DNA of 54,900 bases. Source: a virus (taxonomy: Duplodnaviria > Caudoviricetes). Positions 19,898 to 30,390 of the stretch are shown here, one piece after another (the stretch's first letter is position 1; every line of letters starts with the position of its first letter). A program made the translations under genes and the position numbers. The DNA lies in IMG/VR virus record IMGVR_UViG_3300028897_000401, positions 1-54,900 of that record; one strand, given 5' to 3'. The notes beneath the pieces are model-generated. The model did not search any database. It saw only the letters and a list, made by a program, of their open reading frames with translations, and was not told the DNA's origin.

Positions 19898-19930
19898 ATT
19901 TACACCCTAAAAATACAGAGGTTCAATAGA

Positions 19931-20182
19931 ATGGTTACCTTTACAGACCTAGTGGAAAGAATCAAATCTCTTATGCGCCTGGAAACCGATTCGGAAGTGG
20001 CCGAATGGCTCGGCATATCCGTTGCTGACCTGTATAACCGGCGAAGACGAAACATACTCCCCCTCAAAAGACTTGTTCAGGTTTCAGAGAAGCACAACAT
20101 TGACGTTCGTGCCCTACTGTACGGTCGGGGTCCGACTGTGCGCAATAATAACCATAGCAAAATTGTTGGAAAAAAGCAATAG
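19931..20182 (+). CDS. Cro/CI-family HTH regulator
   Basis: TDSEVAEWLGIS...RRRNILP...LLYG pattern. Confidence 0.75.
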   Translation: MVTFTDLVERIKSLMRLETDSEVAEWLGISVADLYNRRRRNILPLKRLVQVSEKHNIDVRALLYGRGPTVRNNNHSKIVGKKQ

Positions 20183-20400
20183 GGTATTTCCCCCATTTTT
20201 AAGGAAAAAACTATGAAGGCATGTATTTGTGGTGGCAGGATGGCGCTTGGCATAAAAATAGTGCCGAAACCGTATCGTTTTAATCTATATTGTGATTGTG
20301 GGCGGATAGAAAGTTACGATCCGAAAGAGGCGAAGAAACATCTCGACAAAGCCATCACCGATGCGTTTTTGTCTGTGGTTGGCGAACAGGAGGCCGCATA

Positions 20401-21639
20401 GTGTTAGCAGAATTGATCCCCAAGGTGGCGGAATTTGAAAGGGAGCCCACGTCGAAATGGCGAGAGAGGCCGAGCAATGCTTCGTTGGGCCAGAGATGTT
20501 TACGGATGGACGTGTTTCATGCGCTTGGATTCAACCGCCGTCCCTTGCCCGGCAGGGCGCTTTTGGTCTTCGACGATTCAAGTTGGCATGAGGAACTTAC
20601 TGCCGAATGGATCGCACGTACAGCCTTTACGCTGCACTCCAGGCAGATGCCCCTGGATATAATCACAATGGATTGGGTGAAAGACCGGAAAAAGTACGAG
20701 TGTTCCATGTGTGGCCAGCAAGTGTGCGCAAACACGCTTCATGGGCACTCGGATGGTTGTTTGCTTGATCCGAGCCGTGTCGAGCGAAACTACGAACATA
20801 AAGCGATCAACCATTTTAGTTTCCAAGCCTTATGGGGCGGCGAAGAGTTGCCGTTAGGATACTTGGCCCAGGATCATCTTTACACCCTGGGGCTCAGCCG
20901 GTTGATCGAAAACGTCAACGAGTCTTTATTATTGGTAAAAAATAAGAATACGGCTCAGTATATAGATTTCCACATATTGCACGATTTCAAAAGAGACAAA
21001 CTTAGGGTGCTGGAAGCGACACACAGCACCGGCGAAAAAAAGACAATAGATCACACCGAAGAGAACGTGCTCGCGAGAATCTGTGAGCATTGGTATAGGG
21101 TGAGACAATGCGTCGAGAATCGGTTTTTGCCCGTCAGGTCTTACGGCCTGGATGATTGGCAATGCTCATATTGTGGGTGGCACGCACCGTGTTGGGAGAA
21201 TTACACACAAGAAATCAAAGAGCGCCAAGACGTAATCCTGCCGGAATCCCATTTCCTGCCGAAACTAGAAAGATACCTGGAACTCAGAGAGTACGGCAAA
21301 GAGTTTAACAACCTCAAAAAAGAATTGAAGCAAGACCTGGAAACTTACGGGCTGCGGGGCGGCGACGTGTATCTGCTCGACAAGATGCGAGGTAAGGTCG
21401 GCGGCATCAGCGTTATGCTCAAGGTTTTTAAGACTACACGGGTGAACATGGAAAAACTCCCGGTAGAACTTGTCGAGGCCGCTAAGGAAACAAAGGAAAC
21501 CGTCGCCATAGACGTGCGGGTCATTAAACCCACCGACGTTGAAAAGCGGCGAGAGGAAAAACTCAAACAATACTTGGAAGTCACCGACGAGGCCAGATTG
21601 GAGGCGGGGCTTACGGGGAAAAGGATTGTAGAGCTATGA
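20401..21639 (+). CDS. Cas4-like PD-(D/E)XK exonuclease
   Basis: N-terminal C (QRCLR), GHSDG, YEHK, Q-x3-Y and C-terminal CSYCGWHAPC; GTG start overlaps previous stop. Confidence 0.8.
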   Translation: MLAELIPKVAEFEREPTSKWRERPSNASLGQRCLRMDVFHALGFNRRPLPGRALLVFDDSSWHEELTAEWIARTAFTLHSRQMPLDIITMDWVKDRKKYECSMCGQQVCANTLHGHSDGCLLDPSRVERNYEHKAINHFSFQALWGGEELPLGYLAQDHLYTLGLSRLIENVNESLLLVKNKNTAQYIDFHILHDFKRDKLRVLEATHSTGEKKTIDHTEENVLARICEHWYRVRQCVENRFLPVRSYGLDDWQCSYCGWHAPCWENYTQEIKERQDVILPESHFLPKLERYLELREYGKEFNNLKKELKQDLETYGLRGGDVYLLDKMRGKVGGISVMLKVFKTTRVNMEKLPVELVEAAKETKETVAIDVRVIKPTDVEKRREEKLKQYLEVTDEARLEAGLTGKRIVEL

Positions 21640-21924
21640 CCAAGACAAGTTTAAAGGGTACAGCGCTAGAGGGGTTTATGGAATTTGTCGCCGAAAAGCT
21701 GGGCGCAGACACCATGATGCTAGTAGCCTGCAAGGCGGAAGGGTTAAAGGAAAAAGACGAGTACACATCTATAGGTGTGGTTATCGGCAATACGCAGGCT
21801 CTGGCTACGGCTGTAGCCAACGCATTGGCAGGGAATCCACCTCTGGATTTGTTTGTAATGCAAGCGCTTGGAAAGGGAATCTTGCAGAAGTTGGGTTTAG
21901 ACAACCCGATGAAAGGGGGAGAGA

Positions 21925-23169
21925 ATGAGTGATTTTAGAAGGAAGTTTACCTCTATAGAGGATAGGCCCACCGTGCCACGGTTGCCGAGGCTGGGCTATA
22001 TCCGCCTGGGGAAAAAGGTGCAGAAGCAAAACTACGATCCGGGCAAGTGCGTGATGAAAGACAAGCGCGGAAAGTGCCAGGGTTGCTGGAATTGTACCTA
22101 TCCAAAGGAGACTGATTACTTTGTCTGTCCAGACGTAATCCGATCCTATTACGGGGATACCCCGAATGAATTGCGGGTGATGTTACCCATAGACGACGAA
22201 CGGGTGTGCTTCACCAACTACTATGTCTATTACGGTATGTCCAGGGGTTGGAAGTGTATGGGCAACGGCAAAATTGCAGACAGGGTAAACCCGGAAACAG
22301 GAGAGATAAACGAAGTCACGTGTCCTGGCCCCGAAGCGTGCTCTTATCATTATGACAAGAAAGGAAATGCTCAATGTTCTCTTCAGGCCACACTGCAAGT
22401 GATAGTGCTGGATCACACGAATCATCCAATCGGCAACACATGGGGCGTGTATTGGGTAAGGACGACCTCTGAAACAAGCCGGATAGATATAATCTCAGGG
22501 ATGCGGTTCCTGCAAAAACTTGCCGGACGAATAGCATTGATTCCGCTCGTTTTGCGCAGAGTCGAAACAGTATTCCACAGGGATGGCAAGAGAGAGAAGC
22601 ATTGGACGCTGCAACTTATTCCAGTGGCCCCGGTGGATCAGTTGGCCTTTTACCGGGCCAACCCAAATCTGATTTACACCGGGCCGAATTATTGCCTACC
22701 AGAACCAGAAGTGATTCACCCAGCCACACAAGGCGATCCTGTAGTTATAGAAACAGACGACGTGAACGATGCCGAGTCTGACAAGTTTTGCGAAAAGTGT
22801 GGTCAGGCGTGGGCGGTACACAACGATGACGGGAGTTGTGTGGTGGACATAGGGGAAAATGTGGAAACGGGCCACGCAGAGAACTGCACCTGTGAAATTT
22901 GTATGGCAGACCACGACACTGCACCAAAAGAAACGCCAGAGGAAAACGGCGACCTCTATTCGCTATATGCCAAACTCCAACAAGAGATCGCCGACCTAGC
23001 CGGTGATCCCGACAAAACGGTTGATGATATTACAAAGTGGCAAAAGGAAAACGTACAGCGGATAAACAAACTCCCGGTAAAGTCTGACGATCAACTGAAC
23101 CAACCGGAACTACTCAAAGTTGTCAATGCGGCCAAAAGGAAAAAGAGAAATGCCGAACAGAATAATTAA
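21925..23169 (+). CDS. recombination protein (Gp3/RDF-like single-strand annealing family)
   Basis: PRLGYIRLGKK...YPKETDYF...GVYWVRTTS pattern; follows the exonuclease. Confidence 0.65.
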   Translation: MSDFRRKFTSIEDRPTVPRLPRLGYIRLGKKVQKQNYDPGKCVMKDKRGKCQGCWNCTYPKETDYFVCPDVIRSYYGDTPNELRVMLPIDDERVCFTNYYVYYGMSRGWKCMGNGKIADRVNPETGEINEVTCPGPEACSYHYDKKGNAQCSLQATLQVIVLDHTNHPIGNTWGVYWVRTTSETSRIDIISGMRFLQKLAGRIALIPLVLRRVETVFHRDGKREKHWTLQLIPVAPVDQLAFYRANPNLIYTGPNYCLPEPEVIHPATQGDPVVIETDDVNDAESDKFCEKCGQAWAVHNDDGSCVVDIGENVETGHAENCTCEICMADHDTAPKETPEENGDLYSLYAKLQQEIADLAGDPDKTVDDITKWQKENVQRINKLPVKSDDQLNQPELLKVVNAAKRKKRNAEQNN

Positions 23170-23983
23170 GGAGTCTGTCTGGACAAGCCCCAACCTGAAC
23201 AGACTTACCCTTGAGGCGGAGTTTTATTTCTACCGGATACTGCCACTACCAGATGACCACGGCTGCTTTGAGGCGACACCGCTAGTTGTCTTGGGTAAAT
23301 GCTTTCCGTTGAGGTTGGGGGAAATCACACCGGAACATATAGACAAATGGAATAAAGAGCTAGAAGGTGCTCAAATAGTGAGGTTTTGGCACGGTGAAGA
23401 CGGGCGGCTATATGGTAAGTTTTTGTCCTGGGAGGCCCACCAACGAATACGATCAAAACACATGAGAAGAACCCCAATGCCGCCATGGGAAGACAATGGG
23501 GAACGATTGCTACCACTCGGCGACGATTGCCAGCAAATGTCGTCAGATGACCGCCTTAATCCTAATCATAATCCTAATCATAATCCTAATCATAATCATA
23601 TTATTAGTGCGCCTGACGGCTGCACAAATTGTCCCGAAGAGTTTAGGAAAAGATGTAGGAAAAAAGGCGAATACCCTATTTGGGAGTGTAAAACCCCTGA
23701 AGCCAAGGAAGTTGTTAGTTACTTAAACGAAGTGGCAGGGAAAAGTTTCAAACACAGTTTTACCTCTCTTGAGCATCCGCGAGCACGCCTAAGAGAGGGT
23801 GCGACAGTGGCAGAATGTAAGACCGTTATAGATACCAAGCTCGCCGACGAATTTTTTGTGGACAATCCGAAATTTTTAGACCCGAAAACCCTTTTTCGCC
23901 CTAGCAACTTTGAGCGGTATCTTAACGAGAAACCGAAAAAGCCTATCCGGCAACCGGCGAAGGGCTACAAGGAGTTAAAATGA
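23150..23983 (+). CDS. phage replication initiator
   Basis: MPNRIIKES N-terminal domain; C-terminal YLNEVAGKSF...FLDPKTLFRPSNFERYLNE conserved phage domain. Confidence 0.8.
   Translation: MPNRIIKESVWTSPNLNRLTLEAEFYFYRILPLPDDHGCFEATPLVVLGKCFPLRLGEITPEHIDKWNKELEGAQIVRFWHGEDGRLYGKFLSWEAHQRIRSKHMRRTPMPPWEDNGERLLPLGDDCQQMSSDDRLNPNHNPNHNPNHNHIISAPDGCTNCPEEFRKRCRKKGEYPIWECKTPEAKEVVSYLNEVAGKSFKHSFTSLEHPRARLREGATVAECKTVIDTKLADEFFVDNPKFLDPKTLFRPSNFERYLNEKPKKPIRQPAKGYKELK
23557..23598. repeat. TAATCC/TAATCA hexamer tandem repeat inside initiator gene (possible origin)
   Basis: (TAATCCTAATCA)x3 + TAATCA, encoding NPNHNPNHNPNHNH. Confidence 0.6.
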
Positions 23984-24990
23984 TCTGGTTTATATTGGCA
24001 TACGTGGTGTTGATAGTCATGGTTTTTTGTCTGACCGTGCGGTTGGAGTGGACGCACAAAAGGAACAGGGATAACTATTAGCTGGCGGTCTGCCTGTGGC
24101 ACATAGGAGACATAAGAACTCCACACCGGGCGTTATTAGGCTAGTAGGAGAAATCCGAAAGCGAGTCCAACGGTGTAGCGGGCAGTGGGCATGGGAGTCG
24201 TCTGAAAGGTAACGTGGGGTAACATACGAACGACACCGCTGGTTTTTTGTTCATTTTTCGTGAACAGATATTTTTGTGAACAGGAAGGATAAAAAGGAGG
24301 TTTGGGGATGGCACAGATAGCGGATATGTTAGAAGAAATTCTAGTGACTGAATTACAGGAAACACCCGAACGTGCTAGGGAGCTTATCAAAAAATATCCA
24401 GAAATTGCTATGCAAGCTGCGATGACAGGACATTTTAGGGCGGTTGCCTTGGCGCTACAAATGGCAGACGGATAAAAACGTCACCACTTCCGAATAAGTG
24501 GGGGCAGTTTTTACCAATTGTTGATAAGTGCAGGGAGGTGGGGGATGGATAAAGAAAAGGCTATGCAGCAATGGGATGAAGCTAGAAATTATATTGCTAA
24601 TGGTGGTAGGGGCTCATGGCCCAGAGATATGTTTGAATCTTATCTTGATTACATCACGAAAATTGAGATGGAGCTGGAACGAGAAAAACAAAATGACATT
24701 ATCAAGAGTAAATTGCTGAACCATCTTGAAGCGGAGAATGAGAGGTTGAGGGGGGCATTGGGGAAGATAGCTAATTACAGCCCTTTCCATAGTGACATAC
24801 AGGGTTCAAGGGGTCTGGTGGAAATCGCCCGACAAGCATTAGATGACAATCAATCTAAGCAGGGCTAAGAAAATTAGCCACAAGTCAAGAAAAGGTCAAT
24901 ATTGAGAATATTAATTTACATTGCTTTGCTGCTAATTGCCATTAATTGGTATCTGGCGGTAGCAATTTATTGGTAGGGGGGGTGTGGACA

Positions 24991-26358
24991 TTGCAAACTG
25001 ACCGAATCCCACCACAAAACATAGACGCCGAGAGATCGTGTATTGCCGGGACGATAGCGCTAAATTTGCTGCCGAGCGAAATAGACTTAATGCCTGAAGA
25101 CTTTTACCGCTCCGGTCACGGCAAGATTTGGGGCGCTATCCGTTCGTTAGAACAAAAGGGTGAACCGATAGATTTGTTGTCGGTGGTGAACGAGTTGAAA
25201 ACCCGCAAGCACCTTGAGGATGCCGGAGGGGCTGCGTATCTTGCTGGCATGGGGGATGAAATAGGGTTTATCCCTTATACTGACGAACGTGTGAGTAATT
25301 ACGCACGAATCGTTAAGGACAAGGCTATAAAAAGAAGGTTGCTAGGGGTTTTGCGGGAAGGTGCTGTTAAGACTTACGAGGACGGCATGCCAGCCGAAGA
25401 TTTGTTGGGCCATGTTTTTGGGCGACTACTAGGATTAGACGCGAATCAAAACGGCAGCGGGCTCAGAAAGTTCAAAGATACCATGAAGGAAGCGGTTAAG
25501 CATGTCGAAAAGCTCTACCAGGGCGAAGAGTCGGAGGCGAGCATATTGTCTGGCTTTGCGAGGCTTGACAAGGTAACGTCCGGCTTTCAAAAAGGCGAGT
25601 ATATCTTGGTAGCTGGTAGGCCGAGTATGGGCAAAACGGCACTAGCACTCAAAGTTGCTTCTGCTGCATGTAAGCGCGGAAAGGTAGTGGATATTTTCAG
25701 TTTGGAAATGTCGAATTTACAGCTAGCCATGAGGGCGCTGGCCGACCGCACCAAAATCAATCTTATGAAAATACGCACCGGCAAACTAGAAGAGGCTGAT
25801 TGGCCGCGAGTCGTGATGGCAAGTAGCGAGTTGGCCGGATTAAAGTTGTGGACGGACGAAACCCCATACATTACGGTGGCCGAGATAGAGCGACGACTGA
25901 AAAGGAAACCCGAAGGAACGGACCTGGTGATAATCGACTACTTACAACTAATGAATCCGGGTGTGCGCACAGATTCCCAGGAATTAGCTACCGCACATAT
26001 CAGCCAGAGCTTGAAGAATATGGCAAAAAGACTTGACGTGCCCGTGATGGCGTTAAGCCAGTTGAACAGGGAATGCGAAAACCGGAGAGACAAAAGACCC
26101 CTGCTTTCGGATTTGAGATATAGCGGCAGTCTTGAGCAGGACGCAGACACCGTATTGTTGGTTTATCGGGACGAGAAATACTGCGAGGAATGCAGGGCTG
26201 GCCTGGAATGCCACAAAGGGCATGAAGGTATGGCAGAGATAATCATAGCAAAACAACGTAACGGGCCGACGGGTATGGTTCCCTTGGCTTTTCTGGCGGA
26301 TTCGGCATCTTTTGAGGCTATAGCCGAGGACGAGCCGGAGCCGCACTGGCAGGATTGA
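24991..26358 (+). CDS. dnaB: replicative DNA helicase
   Basis: PPQNIDAER, GRPSMGKT, IDYLQLM, LSQLNR, DLRYSGSLEQDAD and KQRNGPTG motifs. Confidence 0.95.
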   Translation: MQTDRIPPQNIDAERSCIAGTIALNLLPSEIDLMPEDFYRSGHGKIWGAIRSLEQKGEPIDLLSVVNELKTRKHLEDAGGAAYLAGMGDEIGFIPYTDERVSNYARIVKDKAIKRRLLGVLREGAVKTYEDGMPAEDLLGHVFGRLLGLDANQNGSGLRKFKDTMKEAVKHVEKLYQGEESEASILSGFARLDKVTSGFQKGEYILVAGRPSMGKTALALKVASAACKRGKVVDIFSLEMSNLQLAMRALADRTKINLMKIRTGKLEEADWPRVVMASSELAGLKLWTDETPYITVAEIERRLKRKPEGTDLVIIDYLQLMNPGVRTDSQELATAHISQSLKNMAKRLDVPVMALSQLNRECENRRDKRPLLSDLRYSGSLEQDADTVLLVYRDEKYCEECRAGLECHKGHEGMAEIIIAKQRNGPTGMVPLAFLADSASFEAIAEDEPEPHWQD

Positions 26359-27301
26359 TATGAAGCAAGAAGAAATACGAAAGGCGATAACGCATCTCGA
26401 CGCAGCGTTGAGCCTACTCAAGCACGTCGAGAAGGCCATAAAAAAGGGATTAGTAGTAATCCCCGACAATTCCGATCAGTTGGCGACGGCTTGGTACAAG
26501 GTGAATTGCTGCCGACTTTATACCGAAGACGAAGTAGCCATGGAAGACTGTAATCAATCGGCTATGGGTTTGATTTGTGATGCAAAGGAGATGCTGGATT
26601 CTTTGGTGGCCTGGAATATGGGGTTAACTAAACATGGTCAGGGAAACATATTAAGGGCGATGGCAATCGCTATGGAGAAAATTGAATTAGTCAAAAACGA
26701 GCTTGAGGTATGGCTCAACAACCGGGTGGCCGGAGAACTGAGTCAGTTGTTACCTTAACAAAAGGAGTCGGGGGATGGAAAAAAAATTATGTCCGATCAG
26801 TGAATTGCCGTGTGAAAAAGCGAAATGTGTGTGGTGGCAAGAGGGCGACTGTTCCGTGAATCATATCGCGGTTGCGCTGGCGGTGATCTCGGAAGAGTTG
26901 GTTGAGGTCCGGCGAAGGAGGTAAGCGATGGAAGAAAAGTTTTACTACTTGAGGGACAGGATGGGCAAACCGGTAATTACCGTGTGCTTACTCAAAGAGA
27001 ACGGTGTGGCGGCTCGCGGGATAGCGGTTTGCAGTGTGGATGACAATTTCTGCTACAAAATAGGCCGTGCCATAGCAAGGGGCCGGGCCCGATCCGCGCT
27101 GTTAAAGAACGTGGAAACGAGGGTTGGTTACGACAATTACTTCATGCCGATCCTACGGCAGAAAGCCATAAGGGCCGTGAACGAGGTAGCCTGGGAAGAG
27201 CTGAAGAAAACCGATATGCGACTGACTTACGATCTCGGCGAGTACGGGTACAAGGCCGTGAAGGCTCCGAAACTATCATCTTTTGAAACGGGGTTGTTTA
27301 A

Positions 27302-27694
27302 ATGAAAACCAGAGTCTATTTGGCTGGGCCCATAGCGGACTGCTCGGAAGCTGAAGCGGGCGAGTGGCGCAATAGAGTCGCGGCTTTGTTGGGGGATGGG
27401 TTTGAGTGTATAGACCCGTTTCGCAACGATTGGCGAGGTGTGGAAAAAGAGTTGTTTCGTGAAATAGTGGAATCGGACAAAAACGACATAAACGGCTGCG
27501 ACATACTGCTGGCCAATGTATGGAAGATCGGCGTCGGTACGTCTATGGAAATACTCTATGCCTGGGAGCGACACAAAGATGTTTACATTGTTGCGCCCGA
27601 CGGCAAGGTGTCGCCGTGGATTTCGTACCATAGCGCCAAGGTCTTTCCCAGCATAGAGGCTGCGGTTGATTTCATTAGATATTTTTATACCTAA
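27302..27694 (+). CDS. second nucleoside 2-deoxyribosyltransferase-family protein
   Basis: VYLAGPI, DKNDINGCD and GTSMEILYA motifs. Confidence 0.8.
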   Translation: MKTRVYLAGPIADCSEAEAGEWRNRVAALLGDGFECIDPFRNDWRGVEKELFREIVESDKNDINGCDILLANVWKIGVGTSMEILYAWERHKDVYIVAPDGKVSPWISYHSAKVFPSIEAAVDFIRYFYT

Positions 27695-27713
27695 CGAGAG
27701 GGGGTGATTAAAA

Positions 27714-28259
27714 GTGCGAGCATTGGGAATTGACCCAGGCTCAAAAACAGGCTGGGGAGTTGTCGAATCCACCAACGGCGAGAGGCGAGTTGTCCAGCAC
27801 GGTCTTTACAAGATACCGCGCAAAACCCTGGCAATAGGCGGAAGGCTGGTCAGAGAAGAACTGTTAAGAGTGGCCAGGGAATACGAGGTGGATGTTGTAT
27901 GCATTGAAGACTATGCGGATTGGTCGGCATCGCTGAGGGCTCGACAAAAGTTTCACGGCAGATGGAAAAAGTTTGACGGCAAAGACCCGACGCGGCGAGG
28001 TAATTGGCGTGCCACGTATGTTTCGGTACGTTTGGTCCAGGCAATTTCGGAATTGGAGCACCATTACAAGGTTGTATATGCGTACCCGATAGTCTGGCAA
28101 CACGCCGTTTGTGGGGTCGCCGGGGGGAAGGAAGCCTCTCGGTGGACAGTCAGACAAATCTTTGGGATTGAGCCTAAGACCGACCACGAATGCGATGCCA
28201 TACTGATAGGGTTGTATGCGCTGGACGTGGAGGTTTTGGGCAGAAAGGTAGCGGGCTGA
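27714..28259 (+). CDS. ruvC: RuvC-like Holliday junction resolvase
   Basis: LGIDPGSKTGWG, CIED and DHECDA acidic catalytic motifs. Confidence 0.8.
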   Translation: MRALGIDPGSKTGWGVVESTNGERRVVQHGLYKIPRKTLAIGGRLVREELLRVAREYEVDVVCIEDYADWSASLRARQKFHGRWKKFDGKDPTRRGNWRATYVSVRLVQAISELEHHYKVVYAYPIVWQHAVCGVAGGKEASRWTVRQIFGIEPKTDHECDAILIGLYALDVEVLGRKVAG

Positions 28260-28418
28260 TGGCATTACTTTACAAGTGCGATAGGTGCGGGGTGGTGGAA
28301 CACAGGGGGGCGGCGAACGTAGTGGAGATACGTTTTATAGACTCCCTAAATCCCTTGCGCAGCTACCACGTTTGCTATCCGTGCAGGACGAAAGTCATTC
28401 AATTTATGGAGACAGAAG

Positions 28419-28721
28419 ATGACGTACTACAATACAACCGGGGAGGCGGGGGCTGTCCTAGGGGCGAGCCAGAGACAGGCGGAGAGTCAAGAGGAAAAAA
28501 TCCTGTGCTTTTTTAAAAAGTACCCGGACAAGGCTTTCACGCCGTATGCAGTGCAGCGGTACTTGCGGGCCAAGTGGCCGATTACGAGTATCAGAAGGGC
28601 GATGACAAATCTGACCAACGAGGGGAAGTTGGAAAAACTGAAGGTTCTTCGGCAGGAGAAGTATGGGAAGTCGAACCATATATGGACCCTAGCCGACAAG
28701 GATCAAATGGCGTTACTGTAA
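28419..28721 (+). CDS. winged-helix phage protein
   Basis: PITSIRRAMTNLTNEGKL motif. Confidence 0.6.
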   Translation: MTYYNTTGEAGAVLGASQRQAESQEEKILCFFKKYPDKAFTPYAVQRYLRAKWPITSIRRAMTNLTNEGKLEKLKVLRQEKYGKSNHIWTLADKDQMALL

Positions 28722-28924
28722 CGAGTGTGCGCAAGCACGACAGGGGAGAAGTCGATGCCTTGGGATTCACACAACCGAACCAAAATGAGCGAGTTGGCTT
28801 ACAAGGTTTTGATTTACGAGAGGGCATTAGAGCTTATCGTCAAGCTCTCTGTGCATAGATCAGAATATTATCGAAAAAGAATTTTGGCGATAGCCAAAGA
28901 AGCACTGCAAAAGGGGGAAAACAA

Positions 28925-29806
28925 ATGAATCATCCAAGTAGGGAAACCATCAAAATGTTGATGAACACTGCCTACGGTTTCCAGCAACTACGGATAATGA
29001 CCGGGAACCGTCTGGCGGCAAACTTCCGCATCAAGCTCGGCGTTGCGCCGGGCATGAAGAAATCCGAAATACCGGAAGCGGCCAAGAACATCTTGGATAC
29101 GTTGTTGGCGGATCAGTTCAGATTGGCAGACGCTCTGGCATCCGGCGGCAGAAAGCGTTTCAAGGCGCGGCTCAGCGACGACGGTATTATCAGCGACGAA
29201 TTTGAGTATGAAGCCATCGGTCATTACATGACCTTGCTGCAAGCAGAGCAAGACGCCTTTAAGGCGGTGGGGCGTGCGGTTCGGCAGCACCCTTTGTGGA
29301 CGGGTTTTTTCAAGGACGTGCGCGGCGTCGGAGAAACTATGGCGGCGGTGTGCATCAGCGAATTTGACGTTCACGTAGCCAAACACGTATCGGCATTTTG
29401 GAAGTATGCGGGCCTGGACGTGGCGGACGACGGCAGGGGGCGATCCAGAAGAAAAGAGCACCTTATCGAAGTGGAGTATATCGACAAAAACGGTGAGAAG
29501 AAAATCCGTAAGTCGATTACGTTCAATGCCTGGCTGAAATCGAAGCTTATGGGTGTGCTGGCAGATTGTCTGCTAGTCAAAGGGAAGTACCGGACGATTT
29601 ATGACAACTACAAGCACCGGCTTGAGCATCACGAAAAACACGAAGAGAAAACGAAGGCGCATCGCCATCTCATGGCAAAGCGATACATGGTCAAGCAATT
29701 CCTGCGTGACCTGTGGGTTGCATGGCGCGAGTTGGAAGGTCTGCGAATAGACGAGCCGTATCATGTTGCTAAGCTGGGGATGGCGGAGCATAGCGAGGCG
29801 GCATAA
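28925..29806 (+). CDS. tasA: TasA-like Nop-domain protein (IS110/IS116 C-terminal-like, no nuclease domain)
   Basis: Coiled-coil N-terminus (QQLRIMTGNR), VRGVGETMAA helix-hairpin, SAFWKYAGL, FNAWLK and HRHLMAKRYMVKQFLRDLW. No DEDD RuvC or HNH domain; TIGR-like array present in the same genome. Confidence 0.8.
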   Translation: MNHPSRETIKMLMNTAYGFQQLRIMTGNRLAANFRIKLGVAPGMKKSEIPEAAKNILDTLLADQFRLADALASGGRKRFKARLSDDGIISDEFEYEAIGHYMTLLQAEQDAFKAVGRAVRQHPLWTGFFKDVRGVGETMAAVCISEFDVHVAKHVSAFWKYAGLDVADDGRGRSRRKEHLIEVEYIDKNGEKKIRKSITFNAWLKSKLMGVLADCLLVKGKYRTIYDNYKHRLEHHEKHEEKTKAHRHLMAKRYMVKQFLRDLWVAWRELEGLRIDEPYHVAKLGMAEHSEAA

Positions 29807-30390
29807 TGAAAACCAAAAAATGCCGACAGTGCGGCAAGAGAAAGAAAATAACCAGATTTACCCTCAACGGCGGGCGTCTTACCTCTGTTTGTCAGGCGTG
29901 TTCCGAAAAGAACGCTACGGCCTGTCCGAAATGTGGTCGTAGCGTAGTGTCGGACATGAAAGCCCTAAAAGAGTTTCGCGCCAAAAGCAAGGAAGTTACG
30001 GCATTAAAAAAGGAAGTGCGCGACAAAAATAGGCGGATAACCTTTCTTGAGTGGCGAACGGGTATCGACACAACCAAGGTTGAGTTGACTAAGGAAATAG
30101 ACAAGCTCCGGGTAGAAAATAAGCGATTGGAACGTAGCGCCGATAGGGGGCGGGCAAACAAGGTGCGATTTCTTGAGCGAGCCAACGATGTCTTGAAAAA
30201 GATGCTCACCGAGGCGGAGGCACGGGTGGAAAAGATGGAAAAATGCCGGAGGCATTGTCTGATGTGCGGGCAAGAGTTTCTGGCAGACGATCCAAAGACA
30301 AACCGGCGTTGCCCCAGGTGTGAGGCGAGCGTGAAGAACAGCAACGTGGATTTCTCGTTTTTTGATAGCTGCGAAGTTCACTTGAAATGA
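29806..30390 (+). CDS. Zn-finger/coiled-coil hypothetical protein
   Basis: Several CxxC pairs; translationally coupled to the TasA-like gene. Confidence 0.55.
   Translation: MKTKKCRQCGKRKKITRFTLNGGRLTSVCQACSEKNATACPKCGRSVVSDMKALKEFRAKSKEVTALKKEVRDKNRRITFLEWRTGIDTTKVELTKEIDKLRVENKRLERSADRGRANKVRFLERANDVLKKMLTEAEARVEKMEKCRRHCLMCGQEFLADDPKTNRRCPRCEASVKNSNVDFSFFDSCEVHLK

Noticed and set aside
20401-21639. CRISPR-associated Cas4
   Set aside because: It is a solo Cas4-like exonuclease beside an annealing protein, a standard phage recombination module. Nothing in the sequence links it to array acquisition.
21899-21906. AGACAACC loop-repeat match
   Set aside because: Inside a CDS and lacks the flanking CC-N10 and N10-AG frame.
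28925-29806. IS110 insertion sequence
   Set aside because: No N-terminal DEDD RuvC domain and no non-coding IS ends; the gene is translationally coupled to both neighbours.
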